This document shows, one piece after another, positions 26,694-39,652 of a stretch of DNA of 61,079 bases. Numbering within the stretch: position 1 is the first letter of the stretch; the number at the start of each line of letters is the position of its first letter. The notes below the pieces were generated by a model. That model searched no databases. It worked only from the letters and a program-made list of their open reading frames with translations, and was not told the origin of the DNA. The stretch spans positions 1 to 61,079 of the forward strand of contig JAXLNO010000228.1 of NCBI GenBank assembly GCA_038087875.1, written 5' to 3'. Source of the DNA: Malacoraja senta (lineage: Eukaryota). The translations under genes and the position numbers were made by a program.

Positions 26694-28481
26694 GACGTCG
26701 CACGAGCCAAAACTCATCAGCTGGCCCGCTGGCTGGGTTGTGTGTGCAGTCCAGCACCCGGGCCAACTCATCATTCACCCAGCCACGGCCGAGTGGGTTA
26801 AAGAATTGCCGTCGGGCATTTGTCCCTTATTTTGACCTTTTGTCCCTTATTTGGGAGTGAGAATGTTGGCAACCCTAATTGGAGATCACTGCCTTGTTGG
26901 GCCGAGATACCGGCACACAGAGTCGGCCGCGGAAGTTGGCTATGGGAACGGATCTGCCATCTCCGGCCAGGCTGGAGTTTCAGAGTTCCAGCCACGAGGC
27001 TGTTTTTACCATTTTACCCACCGATCGATGTAGAAGACCAGGTGAAGTTAAGATAGGTCGCCTCACCTGGCCTATGCACTAAATGATCGAGGGGACTTTT
27101 GGGGGGGATTAAATCCCTTTAATTTGTCCGGATTAAAGGGGGCGGCCGGGCCTCCAGTTGCCGGAAGATCGGTGGTGGATACTTGCACATTTGAGGCCTC
27201 CGTTACAAGTTTGGATGAGATTTATGTCAGGATCGAGCCCGTGTCTCTACCGCTGCACCACCGTCACAGACATTAGTTTGGATCAAAAACCCTTCATCAG
27301 AACTACAATGATAACACAATTTCTCTTTCCGCAGATGCCAGACTGCTGAGTGTGTCCAACATGCTGGGAACCCCTGGCATATAAGCGGTGTAACAGCGGC
27401 GTAGATAGTAGAGTCACTGCTTCATTGCACCGGAGACCCAGGTTCAATCCCGACCTCGGGTGCAGTCTATGTGAAGTTTGTGATTCCTCTCAATGACTAC
27501 ATGGATTTCCACCCAATGATATGCACGTTGGTAGATGAATTAGCCACCGTAAATTGCCCCAAGTGTGTAGGTGATAGACACAAAGTGCTGGTGTAACTCA
27601 GTGGGTCAGGCAGCATCTCTGGAGAAAAAGGATGGGTGACATTTCGGATCGGGACAACCCTTCTTCAGACTTGGCACGGTGGATAGACTGTCGGCACCTG
27701 TCATCCGGGTTGCATCCAGACTGGGGGGTCTGGAACCGGAGTTGGAAACTCTGAGGTGCAAGATAGAGGCGCGGGTAAACAAGCGTGGCTGTGGTAGCGA
27801 GACTGGGTTAAAACATGACCGTGGAGCCGGAGAGCAATGAGATCACAGAGGGGGGGGGGGGGCTGTGAGGGAATGTCTTGCAGAACGACCATCGGAGAGA
27901 GGAGAACTTCAAAGTAGGCGTACCTTGAGGAGATTTTACACTGGAGCAGACAAAATGTGTAGGAAGGAACTGCAGATGCGGCATGTTGGCACAGCGGTAG
28001 AGTTGCTGCCTCACAGCGCCAGAGACCCGGCTTCAGTCCTGACTACGGTAGCTGTCTGTAGGGAGTTTGTACATTCTCCCTGTGACCTGCGTGGGTTTTC
28101 TCTGGCTTCCACCCACACTCCAGAGACGTACAAGATTCTAGGTTCATTGGATTAGTATAATTGCAAATTGTCCCTAGCGTGTAGGATAGTGTAAGTGTGC
28201 GGGGATCGCTGGACGCCCCGGACTCGGTGGGCCGAAGGGCCTGTTTTCGCACTGTGTCTCTGAACTAACCTAATAAACTAAAAAGATGCTGGTACATACC
28301 AAAATTAGACACAAAGTGCTGGAGTTACTCAGCAGGTCAGGCAGCATCTTTGGAGGCAAAGGGTGGGCGACTTTTTGGGTCGATTGCAGAACTTAGGGAG
28401 AGGGTTGGATTTGATGAGGATGAGGGGAGAATAAAACATGATTAGTGTGGGATTAACAACGCATTTCTTCAATGGGCGATT

Positions 28482-28535
28482 GGGGTCAAGGAAAGAGCAT
28501 TCATGTCGCGGGGCCCTGTTTCCACCAATCTTTTC
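28482..28535 (+). ncRNA. HDV-like (CPEB3-type) ribozyme motif, degenerate copy
   Basis: P1 GGGGUC/GGCCCU, P2 GGAAAGA/UCUUUUC, P3 GCA/CGC (one mismatch), L3 UUCAUGU, G, linker UUUCCA, putative catalytic C28525, CAA. Confidence 0.75.
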
Positions 28536-28656
28536 ACCACCACGCACAAGAAGCACAAGAAGCGACAAGACAGACACCATTGTGCAGATGCCGAGAAGTG
28601 TGTTCAGCTCTGGCTGAACAACTTCTAATCTTGTGTGTGGACTCGATAAGAAGAAG
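28482..28656 (+). mobile_element. Short retroposon family B, headed by an HDV/CPEB3-like ribozyme, (GAA)n tail
   Basis: TSD aatgggcgatt (28471-28481) / aatgggtgatt (28657-28667). Tail cgataagaagaag. Second copy at 59121-59261. Confidence 0.85.
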
Positions 28657-28851
28657 AATGGGTGATTGATGGTCAGGTGAAGGGCCTGTTTCCATGATGT
28701 CTCTCTCTGTGATTCTACGACCATTCACAAAGGGGGGAGGAGCTTTCAGCTTGGTATTATGAATCTTGACAATGAAAATGGTAGAAGAATCACACTACCC
28801 CAAAACAAATGTCCCTCCCATCCCAAATACCTGCCTCATGTGCGGTGGATT

Positions 28852-29955
28852 CTGCAGCCCCATGTGGACTTCAACCAATCATTTCTGCAGATCCCCACAT
28901 TACCTCAACCAATCACTTCTGCAGATCCCACACGGACTCTAACCGGGTGGCTCCAGCAATGGCTGCCTCACCAACAGTCTGTCCGACCCTCACTTCTTCG
29001 TTGTATTTGTAGTAAGTGTTAAATGTATGTTTTTAGTGTTCTTTAGCTTGTTTTATGTGGGGGAGGGGAGATTGGGGGAAACCTTTTCTAATCTCTTACC
29101 TCGACGGAGATGCGATTTTTATCGTATCTCTGTCCGCACTGTGGCCTAACATCGAGGGGCTGGCGGCCTTTGCTGGAGACCGACTTTGAGAGCTCTACCG
29201 CGGGAGCTGCGGGACTTTAACACCGTGAAGCCCGGAATCCCTTTGCCAGGGATCGACCTCTGAGCTCTACCGCAGGAGCATGCTGACTTTAACATCGCGG
29301 AGCTCGCGGTCTCTGGTTAGAGACCGACTTCGGGAACTCCAAGCCACGGGGGCTTCGATCACCCCGACGCGGGGGCTTTAATCGCCAGCTGCAGGAGCTT
29401 CGATCACCCCGACGGATGGTTCGACTGCCCCGTCCGCGGGAGAAAAATGAGGGGAGAAGATTAGACTTTATTGCCTACCATCACAGTGAGGAATGTGGGG
29501 AATCCGCTGTAGAGGATGTTAATGTTAACTTTTATGTAGTTGTGTGTCTTGTTGCTTTTTTTAGTATGGCTGCATGGTAATTCGCATATCACTGTACCTT
29601 AATTGGTACACGTGACAATAAAAGGCCTTTGAAACCTTTGAACCAATCAGGTCTGCAGGCTGTTGGTGGACTTGAACCAATCACGTCTGCAGCCCTACAT
29701 GGACCAACCAATCACACCAGCTGCCCTATATTACTTCAACCAATCACATCTGCAGCCCACATGGAGTTCAACCAATCACATTGGCAGATCCCACGTCGAC
29801 TTCAACCAATCCTGTCTGCAGCCTCAAATGGATTTCAACCTTTGAACCAATCAGGTCTGCAGGCTGTTGGTGGACTTGAATCAATCACATCTACAGCCCC
29901 AGACGGACTTCAACCAATCACGTCTCCAGGTCCCTCGTCACATCTGCAGCCCCAA
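28852..29955 (+). repeat. Diverged 31-34-bp minisatellite (tggacttcaaccaatcacatctgcagcccc..) split by a retroelement
   Basis: CCAAT at 28875, 28909, 29643, 29677, 29708, 29740, 29772, 29806, 29847, 29914. Variant or broken units at 28943, 29839, 29881. Confidence 0.85.
28945..29640 (+). mobile_element. Non-autonomous CpG-rich retroelement with Rex1/Babar-like tail
   Basis: Ends in tcactgtaccttaattggtacacgtgacaataaa plus (cctttgaaa)n. Interrupts a minisatellite unit at aacc|aatc. Same architecture as 1-800. Confidence 0.65.
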
Positions 29956-32900
29956 CATAAATTTCACCCAATCTCCTCAGAACAGAAACCAGAATGGAAA
30001 AAATTGACTTTAGGCACAACATTTCTCTGTAACTATTCTCCACTCTCTACACCTTCTGGAGAGTGGAGAACACATGTTTTTTATTGGAAGAAGTCGTTTG
30101 TTGCACTCTGGGTTTTTAGAGTGAATTGACTTTATTTGGTGTACCATTGAGGATACACGCATCCTCCTCATTTGCAGACTCACAGTGCATGCTCTGTAAC
30201 TAGGCTGCAACTCATCAACCAATCCAGAAAAATATACAGAATAGTGAAAGGCTTGGATAGAGTGGATGTGGAGAGGATGTTTCCACTAGTGGGAGAGTCT
30301 AGGACTAGAGGTCATAGCCTCAGAATTAAAGGATGTTCTTTTAAGAAGGAGATGAGGAGACATTTCTGTTTAGTCAGATGGTGGTGAATCTATGGAATTC
30401 TTTGCCACAGAAGGCTGTGGAGGCCAAGTCAGTGGATATTTTTAAGGCAGAGATAAATAGATTCTTGATTAGTACGGGTGTCAGAGGTTATGGGGAGAAG
30501 GCAGGAGAATGGGGTTAGGAGGGAGAGATAGATCAGCCATGATTGAATGCCGGAGTAGACTGGGTAGGACGAAGGTCCTAATTCTACTCCTATTCCTTAT
30601 GCCCTTATGACTGTATGACCTTAATCAGTGGCGATGACTACATGATTTCCATGCTAATTAAACTCGGCAACCATCATACTGTAAGCAACAGAGATTGATT
30701 TTACGCTTCTGATTTGCACGCCACTGTCCTCGGCTCACCCTGCTCCAGGTCAGATTTTATTAATCAGGCAAGATGACTCCTTGACTCAAGCTTTGGCACT
30801 ATTCCCTCATTCCGTTACAAATCCTAGATCGCTGGAAATCAAAGATACAGCCTCTGGCCACCCTGACGATAAGAACACATGTAGGAGGAGGTCCCAGAGT
30901 CATACAGCATGGAAACAGGCCCTTCGGCCCCACTTGCCCACACCCAACAACATGTCCCATCTACACTAGTCCCACCTGCCTGCGTTTGGCCCATATCCCT
31001 CTAAACCTGTCCTATCCATGTACCTGTCTAAATAGTTCTTAAATGGTGCAATAGTATCTGCCTCAACTACCACCTCTGGCAGCTTGTTCCATACACCCAC
31101 CACCCTGTGTGTGAAAAAGTTACCCCTCAGGTTCCTATTACATTTTTCCCTCCTCACCTTAAACCTACGTCCTCTGGTTCATGATTCCCCCACTCTGGGC
31201 AAAAGACTCTGTGCGTATACCCGATCTATTCCTCTCATGGTTTTGTACACCTCTATAAGATCACCCCTCATCCTCCAAGGAATAGATTCCTAGCCTGCTC
31301 AAGCTCTCCCTATAGTGCAGGCCCTCGAGTCCTGGCAACATTCTCATAAATCTTCTCTGTACCCTTTCCAGCTTGACAACTTTCCTCCAACATGGCGTCC
31401 AGAACTGAACACAATACTTCAAGTGAGGCCTCACCAACATCTTATATAACTGCAACATGACCCCGCAACTTCTATACTCAAAGGTGTTGCCCATTTGGCT
31501 CCTCATGCTTGCTCTAACCCCAACAGGCCCTTCAGCCCACATGCCCATGCCAACCATTTTGCCCATCCACACAAACTCCATTTGCCTGCAGTGGGATTGG
31601 ATATTGTTGCGTTTTGCCTATTTAACTGTCTGTCGGTTTGCCTCCTAAATGTACTAACTGTAACTCATTCCACCAGCAACTTTAGTTTAGAGATACCACA
31701 TGGAAACAGGCCCTTCGGCCCACTGACTCCCCACTGACCAGCGATCCCCACACACTAGTTCTATCCCACACGCTAGGTGCAATTTACAGAAGCCAATTAA
31801 GCTACAAACCTGCATGTCTCTGGAATGTGGGAGGAAACTGGAGCACCTGGAGAAATTCCACGTGGTCACGGGGAGAACATACAAACTCCGTACATTCAGC
31901 ACCCGTAGTCAGGATCAAACCCGGGTGTCTGGCACTGTAAGGCAACAGCTCTATCACGACGCCACCATGCTGCCCATATTCTGATATTTTATACATGACT
32001 GGTGAAGGCATGTGTGGCACATGCTGCCCTCTTCACCACCCTACCGAACCAAGTTGGCACTTTCAGGGAACTATGAACTTGAACCTCTCGGTCTCTCTGT
32101 TCATTAATATTCCCCAGTGCCCCACCATTTACTATCCACATCCTGCACATGTTAAACTTGCTGGTGGGTATATGGAAGGAGGTGCCAGGGGAGATAGTTA
32201 GGCAGGTACTATAAGCGGCATTTAGAATGCACTTGGGACAGGTATATATCGATGGGATAAGTTTAGAGGGAGGTGGGACAAATGTGGGCAAATGGTTCGA
32301 GTGCAGATGGGGCACATTGGTCTGCATGGACAAGTTGGGCCGAACGGCCTGCTTCCATGCTGAATGACTATGACCACAATCCATCACCTCACCCTTGCCC
32401 GGATTACATTTATCTTTCAATGCTCTACCTAACTTTCTATGTGATCTTTATCCTGTTGTAGTCTTAGCCACCTATTCATCTTTTAATCAATTTATTCATC
32501 TTTCCTAAACACGCTCATTGACTGAACCTACACACCATCATAGGCAGAGACTATAGTTTAGTTTTGGAGATAGGGCATGGATCTCATCTGCCATGTGGAA
32601 TGGTCAAGCAATGCCGGCGATATCTGCATCCTGTACATGAATACATATTCTACACAACGAAGGGGGGAGGGGGGAGGGGGGAGGGGGAAGGGGCAGGTGA
32701 TGCGGCGGTAGAGCTGCTGCCATACAACACCAGAGATCCGGGTTCGATCCTGACTATGGGTGTTATTTGTACAGAGTTTTACGTTCTCCTCGTAACCACA
32801 TGGGTTTTCTTCGGGGCTCTGGTTTCCTCACACACTCCAAAGACGTGCAGGTTTGTTGGTAAATTGTCTCTAATGTTTTGGATTGAACTAGTGTACGGGG

Positions 32901-33394
32901 TGAGGACCTGTTTCCACACTGTATCTCTAAACTAACCTAGTTTATAATTTAGTGATAAGCGCAGAAACAGGCCATTCGGCCCACCGAGTGCACGCCAACC
33001 AGCGATCCCCGCACATTAAGGCTATCCTAATAATAATAATAATAGATTTTATTTATGGGCGCCTTTCACAAAGTCTCAAGGACACCTTACAAAGTTTAAC
33101 AAATAGTGTAGAAACATATAAGCGGAATGAAATAAATAGCAAAGACATCACCAGAACACAAATTAAAGATAGAATAGTATCCTACACACACAAGGGACAA
33201 TTGACACTGATATCAAGCCAATTAACCTACAACCCTGTTATATTCCGGATGGCAGAATGAATAACAACTTACACGCAGGTTGCCTGGATCACGAGAGAGT
33301 TTTATTACCCAACATTCCTGCTTATATTGAACACCAACTCATTAACATATACATGAATATGTATGAATACATTACACTGCTCTCCTTTTTTAAA

Positions 33395-36330
33395 GTATTG
33401 GCTTTGACCAGAGGAATCTGTTTCTTTGTCTGTACTAACTGAACTTTGTGTTTCAATCACAGTGGTCTCTTCCAACTCACTTTCATACACAAACTCAGGG
33501 ATTAGGACTTCATGCTCAGTTTTTGGTTCATCTTTGGCTGGAATCATTTGATCAACATGAACACTTTTGATCCTATCTCCAACTTCAACTAAGTATCTTT
33601 TTGTTCCACACACTTCCACTATTTTCCCAACATCCCATTTGTCTCGACTGGACTTGTTGGGAGGACTGAGAACACGAACCTGCTCATCTGGCTTGAAGTA
33701 TCTTTCCTTTTTGCAGGAGTCAAAATGGCGTTTTGTTAACTGTTTTTGTTCAACTCTCAAAGCCAAATTGGGTTGAACTAGACTTAGGCGTATTCTTAGC
33801 CTTCTCTTCATCAACAGTTCTGCAGGTGAGTAACCCGTTGTTGTGTGTTGTGTGGTTCTGTACTTCAGCAAGAAACTAGCCAAACAATGTTTCATGCTGA
33901 GCTTTGAATTGTCCTGCAAAAGCTGTTTCTTGAGAGCACCTTTGACAATTCTAACAGACCTTTCTGCCGCCCCGATGGAGGCTGGATGGTATGGGGGAAC
34001 AAGTGTGTGTTTTACACCATTCCGCTGCATGAACTCTTTGAACCGTTCTGAACGAAACTGAGGCCCTTTATCAGAAACAAGTTCTTCTGGTAAACCATGG
34101 CATGTAAAAATGGATCTCAACTCATCTATGGTACGCTCAGTAGTAGTGCTTGACCCCATATGCTTAACCTCAATCTATTTGGAATGACTATCTACTAGCA
34201 CCCGAAAGTGCTCATTATCCTTTTCACAAAAACCTACATGAACTCTCTGTAAAGGTCTAATTGGCCATGACCAGTGGTGTTTTTGGTGGTTTACTCTGTC
34301 AATTTTGGCAGACGCTACATTTGCTCACCAGTGACTCGATGTCACTGTCAATACCAGGCCAATACACAAAACTTCTGGCAATTGACTTCATGCTTACTAC
34401 GCCAGGATGTTCTGCATGAAGTTCATTCATAATTTTGTTTCTAAAAGACTCTGGTACAACCACTCTGTAACCCCACTTAATGCATCCCTGCTCACATGAT
34501 AATTCATGGTGTCGATTATGGAAAGGCTTCAGCTCTGAGTTCAGAACTGAGTTCAATCCACTATTGATTTCAGTCCAACCGTTCAATGTCTGTTCATAAA
34601 CCCACTTCAGCACAGTGTCTTTCTCTGTTTCTGCTGCAATTTCTGTTGCAGTCACTGGAAAGTCCTCATCTACAATTTGCAGTGTGTAGATTGAGTTCTC
34701 ACTTCCCACGTCAGAGGTTGCACTTGGAGCTTCTGTACTCAACCTTGTAGTCATACTGGGACAGCAAAATTGCCCAGAGCTGCATTCTTGATGCTGCCAT
34801 GGAAGGTATAGCTGACTTGGAACCAAGTATCACGAGTAGTGGCTTGTGATCAGTCACCAGGGTGAATGGTCTGCCGAGAAGAAACTGATGGAATTTCTTG
34901 ATTCCGAACACAATGCTGAGTGCTTCCTTTTCTATCTGTGCGTTAATTGCGTTCACTCGGTGACAGGGTGCGGGATGCAAAAGCAATAGGCTTTTCCTGT
35001 CCGTCATTCATTACGTGGGAGATCACTGCACCAACACCATAACTTGAAGCATCACAAGCAAGTTTCATCTTGCGTGTCGTATCGTGGTGAACAAGGAGTT
35101 TGTCACTTGTCAAGTTTTCCTTGCAGATGTCATATGCACGTTGCTGTTCCTTTCCCCACGTCCATTTCACATCTTTTTGTAGCAGATGATGAAGTGGCTT
35201 TAGCACAGTTGCTAAATCTGGAAGGAATCGTGCATTGACCTGCACCATCCCAAGGAATGATCGTAGCTCTGACACATTGTTGGGTTTTGGAGCATTCACT
35301 ATTGCTTCAACTTTCGCCTTCACAGGGCGAAGTCCGTTGGCGTCTACTTTGAGTCCAAGGTAGACCACCTCTGACTGTGCAAATGCACATTTACCTTGAC
35401 GCAATTTGACATTGTGGCAGTTCAGTCGTGTGAGAACTTGCTCGAGGATTTGCAGATGTTCTACCATGCCCTCTGTGAATATCAGTAGGCCATCCTGGTT
35501 GCACACACAGTGCGGAATGCCTTGTAACATTTTGTCCATGAGAGACTGGAAAATTTTCGGGGAGATTTCACATCATAGGGCAGCTTTGTATATGAATACA
35601 AGCCCTTATGTGTGTTGATAGTCAGGTACTGCTGACTTTCTTTGTCAACAATGACTTGGGCGTAAGTGTGAGACAAATCCAGTGTAGTGAAGACTCTTGC
35701 TCCACTAAGATCTGCGTACAGATCTTGCGAGGTTGGTAACGGATATTGTTCATCATCAACTGCTTGGTTGATTGTGACTTTGTGGTCACCACATAGTCAA
35801 ACAGTTTTGTCGGCTGTGGTACGGCCACAATAGGCGTTGCCCAGTTACTCTGGTCTGTCTTCATGAGTACTCCATTCCGTTCTAACCTGTTGAGTTCTTC
35901 CTCCACTTGTTGCTTTAGTGCATATGGTACAGGTCTTGGTCGACAATACACAGGTCTCACATCTTGCTTAAGTCGAATGTGTGCAGAGTACCCTGTTATT
36001 CCCGTTTGCATGTTTGCTTATGACGTTTTCAAGACGTGATTCGGACAAATCGACGCTGAAAATGTTCTTCCAGTCTAACTTCCTAACTTCCAGTCTAACT
36101 CTATTCTACTCAGCCAATCCTTTCCAAGGAGCGTTGGTTTATTTCTGTAGCTGGCCACATATGCTGAACTTTACAGATCATTTGTCCACATGTCTCCAAA
36201 ACGTCGTCTGAGTAGGTTCTCAGCTTGACCTTACTCTCAAACAATGGTATCTGTGGGAACTGTGTTTCGTACAGGTCTTTGCTCATGACCGAACAATCTG
36301 CTGCCGTGTCAATACACATATCGATTAACT
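33395..36330 (-). pseudogene. Gypsy pol (protease, RT, RNase H, integrase), frameshifted
   Basis: IDTAADCSV, PRPVPYALKQQVEEELNRLE, WATPIVAVP, TINTHKGLY.YTKLP, LACDASSYGVGAVISH, EKEALSIVFGIKKFHQFL, ELHAEHPG..KSIARSFVYWPGID, LPEELVSDKGPQF, PPYHPAS.GAAER. Confidence 0.95.
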
Positions 36331-36339
36331 GTTTATCAA

Positions 36340-38582
36340 GTCAAGTCAAGTCACATTTATTTATATAGCACATTTAAAAAACAACTCTCGTTGGCCAAAG
36401 TGCTTTACATTTGTTATAAGAATAGTATAAACAAACAAACTACATACATATATACATATAGCCCTCACTCAGAGGACCTCAAGAAAGGCTTGGGAGTATA
36501 GATACGTTTTTAGTCTTGACTTAAAGGAGTCGATGGAGGGGGCAGTTCTGATGGGAAGGGGGATGCTGTTCCACAGTCTAGGAGCTGCAACCACAAAGGC
36601 GCGGTCGCCCCTGAGCTTATGCCTAGACCGCGGGATATTCAGCAACCCCAAGTCGGCCGATCTGAGGGACCTGGAGGTGGAGTGGTGGGTGAGAAGACTT
36701 TTAATGTAGGTGGGGGCAAGCCCATTGATGGCTTTGTAGACATAGAGCAGGATCTTGAAATGTATAAGGAATCGCACAGGGAGCCAGTAGAGAGAGGCCA
36801 GGATCGGGGTGATGTGGTCCCTTTTTCGGGTGCCCGTCAGGAGTCTCGCTGCGGCGTTTTGGACCAGTTGCAGGTGGGACAGGGAAGATTGGCTGAAGTC
36901 AGTGTAGAGGGAGTTGCCGTAATCTAGGCGGGAGGAGATAAATGTGTGGATGATCTTTTCGAGGTCATCAAAGTGGAGGAATTGTTTTATTTTAGCTATC
37001 GTCCGAAGCTGAAAGAAGCTAGCTTTTACCACGGCATTGACTTGTTTGTCAAATTTCAGTGCTGAGTCAAATATCACGCCAAGGTTTTTGACGTGATGTT
37101 TGAGTAGTGGGGTAAGGCTTCAAAGGCTGCCTGCTATCATTTTGATTGAGTCCGAGGGACTAAGAAGGATGACCTCAGACTTACTCTCATTTAGTTGGAG
37201 GAAGTTCTGGGTCATCCAACAATTTATATCCTCGAGGCAGCGGGTAAGGTTAAGCAAATTTGATTGTTTTTTGGGCTTCAGGGGGAGATAGAGTTGTGTA
37301 TCGTCTGTGTAGCAATGGAAGGAAATGCCGTGCCTTTCAATGACTTGGCCTAAGGGGAGCATATACAGGGAGAAGAGAATGGGGCCAAGGATGGAACCTT
37401 GTGGAACCCCACAGCAGAGATTAGCTGGGGAGGAGAATGAGTTGCTCATGTTAGTCGAGAAACTCCTACCTTTGAGGTAGGAGATGAACCAGCTCAGGGC
37501 AGTGCCATCAATACCAACCCCGTACCGGAGACGGTCAATTAGGATGGTGTGGTTGACAGTATCAAATGCTGCGCTGAGGTCAAGAAGGTGCAGGATTGCA
37601 CAGTAGCCGGAGACAACGGTGAGCAGTAGGTCATTGTGTACCTTCAACAAGGCAGACTCTGTGCTATGGTGAACCCTGAAACCTGATTGGAAAGTTTCCA
37701 AGATAGTGTTTTGGTGAAGGTAAAGCTTTAAGTTGACTTAAAATTACCTTTTCAAGGGCTTTTGAGAGGAAAGGCAGTTTAGAAATGGATCTGTAGTTGC
37801 TTGGCAAGGTGGGGTCGAGGTTAGGTTTTTTCACGAGTGGCTGGACCACCGCATGCTTGAAGCAGGTAGGTACAGTGCCAGTGGCCAGAGAGCTGTTGAA
37901 GATGGCGAGGATGCTGGGACCGGCTGTTGTAATGACGTCCTTTAGGAGGGCAAAGGGTACAGTGACGAGGGGGCAGGTAGTAGGTTTCATGGTGGTGATC
38001 AGTTTTACAAGGGAGGGTAGAGTAACGGGTTGGAAACAATCTAATTTTGAAGAGCAGACCAATGAGACAGCCAGGTCACGGGTAGGAGGGGAAATATTTG
38101 TTCTTATGTTTTTACCTTGCTGGTGAAAAATGTAGTAAATTCCTCGCACTTAGCAGGGGACCCAGTTAAGCTGGTGCTGGGGGCAGGACAAATGATGGAG
38201 GTGATGGTGTTAAAAAGGACCTTGGAATTATGAGCGTTTTTGGAGATAAGGGTGGAAAAGTATTTAGTTCTTGCAGATTTTACCGCTTCCTGGTAATTGT
38301 GAAGATTGTTTTTCAGGAGTTCAAAGGAAATTTGAAGCTTATCAGATTTGTACTTCCGTTCTGATTTTCTGCATTCTCTTCTTAGGGCTCTGGTGGTGTC
38401 ATTTAGCCATGGCTCGCCTTTAGGCTTAGGCTTTTTCATTTTAAGAGGAGCAACAGAATCCAGGACGGAAGAGCAGGTAGTATTGAATAGAGAAATGAGG
38501 TCGTCGGTACTGAGATGGGGGGTAGACGCCTCAATAGTGCAGATGTTGGGGGCGGCTATGAGAGCCTCAGAGAACTTACTGT
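36340..38582 (-). mobile_element. 5'-truncated L2-clade LINE nested in the Gypsy gag-pol junction
   Basis: FQSGFR.HHSTESALLKV.NDLL, LLDLSAAFDTVNH, GVPQGSILGP.LFSLYM, Y.DDTQLY, SRLDY.NSL, QLVQNAAARLL, WLPV, (ttgac)n tail. Confidence 0.92.
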
Positions 38583-38584
38583 CA

Positions 38585-39537
38585 ATAGTTTAGTTTGAAA
38601 GTCCTTGCCTTGGCTGGTTGTAGGCTTATCGATGTTGGTTGCGTAAATGGTGTACAACCCAAGTTCATTTCCATCATGGTTCACCTCCAAGTTGTGAACT
38701 CCTCTCTGGTGTTGTTGCTTGATTCCCGCAGATTGTTGGTTTCCTGTTTTAAGCTGAGGCGATGTGGCCTTTCTCCTGGCAGTTGTAGAACTTGGCCGTT
38801 TTGAACTGGCAAAATTGGGATGAGTGATTACCGTTGCAACGATAACAACTGGCTGAACTCGGCTTCCCGCCATACTTTGGTTTTGGTTTAGCGCCTCTTG
38901 GTTTGGCCATAGGCTCTGCCTTGTAACTGTAAACGGCCACTGCAGTTCATGGTGGACGAAACCCGCGAGCATTCTTTGATGCCATCTCCATTGTGGTAGC
39001 AATCTTGCATGCTTTCTCGAATGTAAGATCTGAGCACTTGTTCATGAGTTTGGACTGAATTCGTTCATCCACTAGACCACAAACAAATCTGTCACGTAGT
39101 GCGCATCCGAGAAAGGTTCCAAAGTTACAGTGCACAGTTAAGTTTTTCAAGGCAACAATGTACTCATTGATTGTCTCATTCTGCTTCTGGTTTCTAGTGC
39201 CAAATTTATAGCTTTCTGCAATTTCCAGAGGCTTTGGGTTGAAGTGCTCCTGCAACTTCTTCATAATGTCACTGAATGGCACGTCTTTTGCCTTTATGGG
39301 CGCAAGGGGATTGACGAGTGTGCCGTACACTTCAGGACCGATCTCCCTGAACAGATTCGCTTTCATGCATTCGCAAACGGCTTTATTTGTTTCAGTCACT
39401 TTCTCTCCTTCACCACTAATCTCCATTATGTTGTTCGCCATGAAAAACATGTTCGCTCTCACTATATAGAAGCTGAATGGCTCTCTACTCTTGTCAAAAG
39501 TGCCAAGGTTTCCGATGTAGCCCGTGGACGCTGCCAT
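38585..39537 (-). pseudogene. Gypsy gag with two zinc knuckles, frameshifted
   Basis: ORF 38947-39537 (HFNPKP..E.YKF..RNQ..NETI.EY, LRDRFVCGL), then CYRCNGNH..QFC..KT...YNCQEKGHIA. Confidence 0.9.
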
Positions 39538-39652
39538 CGTGTCGTTCTCATTTATTTTAAAGTCTGTTCAAAAACCCCGAATTCCTGTCTGTTCTGGTGT
39601 AACAATTCACCTAAAACTTAGCTGTATAAAGGCTATACAGCTTGAGGAACTT

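Larger units (their letters stand above)
23522..26877. mobile_element. hAT-like non-autonomous transposon
   Basis: TIR tagtgttgccaac / gttggcaacccta, 7-bp TSD attggag at 23515-23521 and 26878-26884, subterminal tgtccc repeats. Confidence 0.8.
23447..27185. mobile_element. Decayed Tigger/Tc1-mariner-like MITE split by nested insertions
   Basis: Flanks 23447-23521 and 26878-27185 resemble the cleaner copy at 57416-57884 (ggattatcc.ttttg; tttgtccggattaaagg; tgccgga..atcggtggtgga). Confidence 0.65.

Noticed and set aside
30036..30070. 12-bp perfect hairpin ttctccactctc/gagagtggagaa
   Set aside because: Too short for a pre-miRNA, low complexity and isolated.
29629..30129. 166-aa ORF with LQPITSAA repeats, or a CRISPR-like array
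   Set aside because: It is a minisatellite translation with unit lengths not multiples of 3 and a non-ATG start. There are no unique spacers or cas genes, and the context is eukaryotic.
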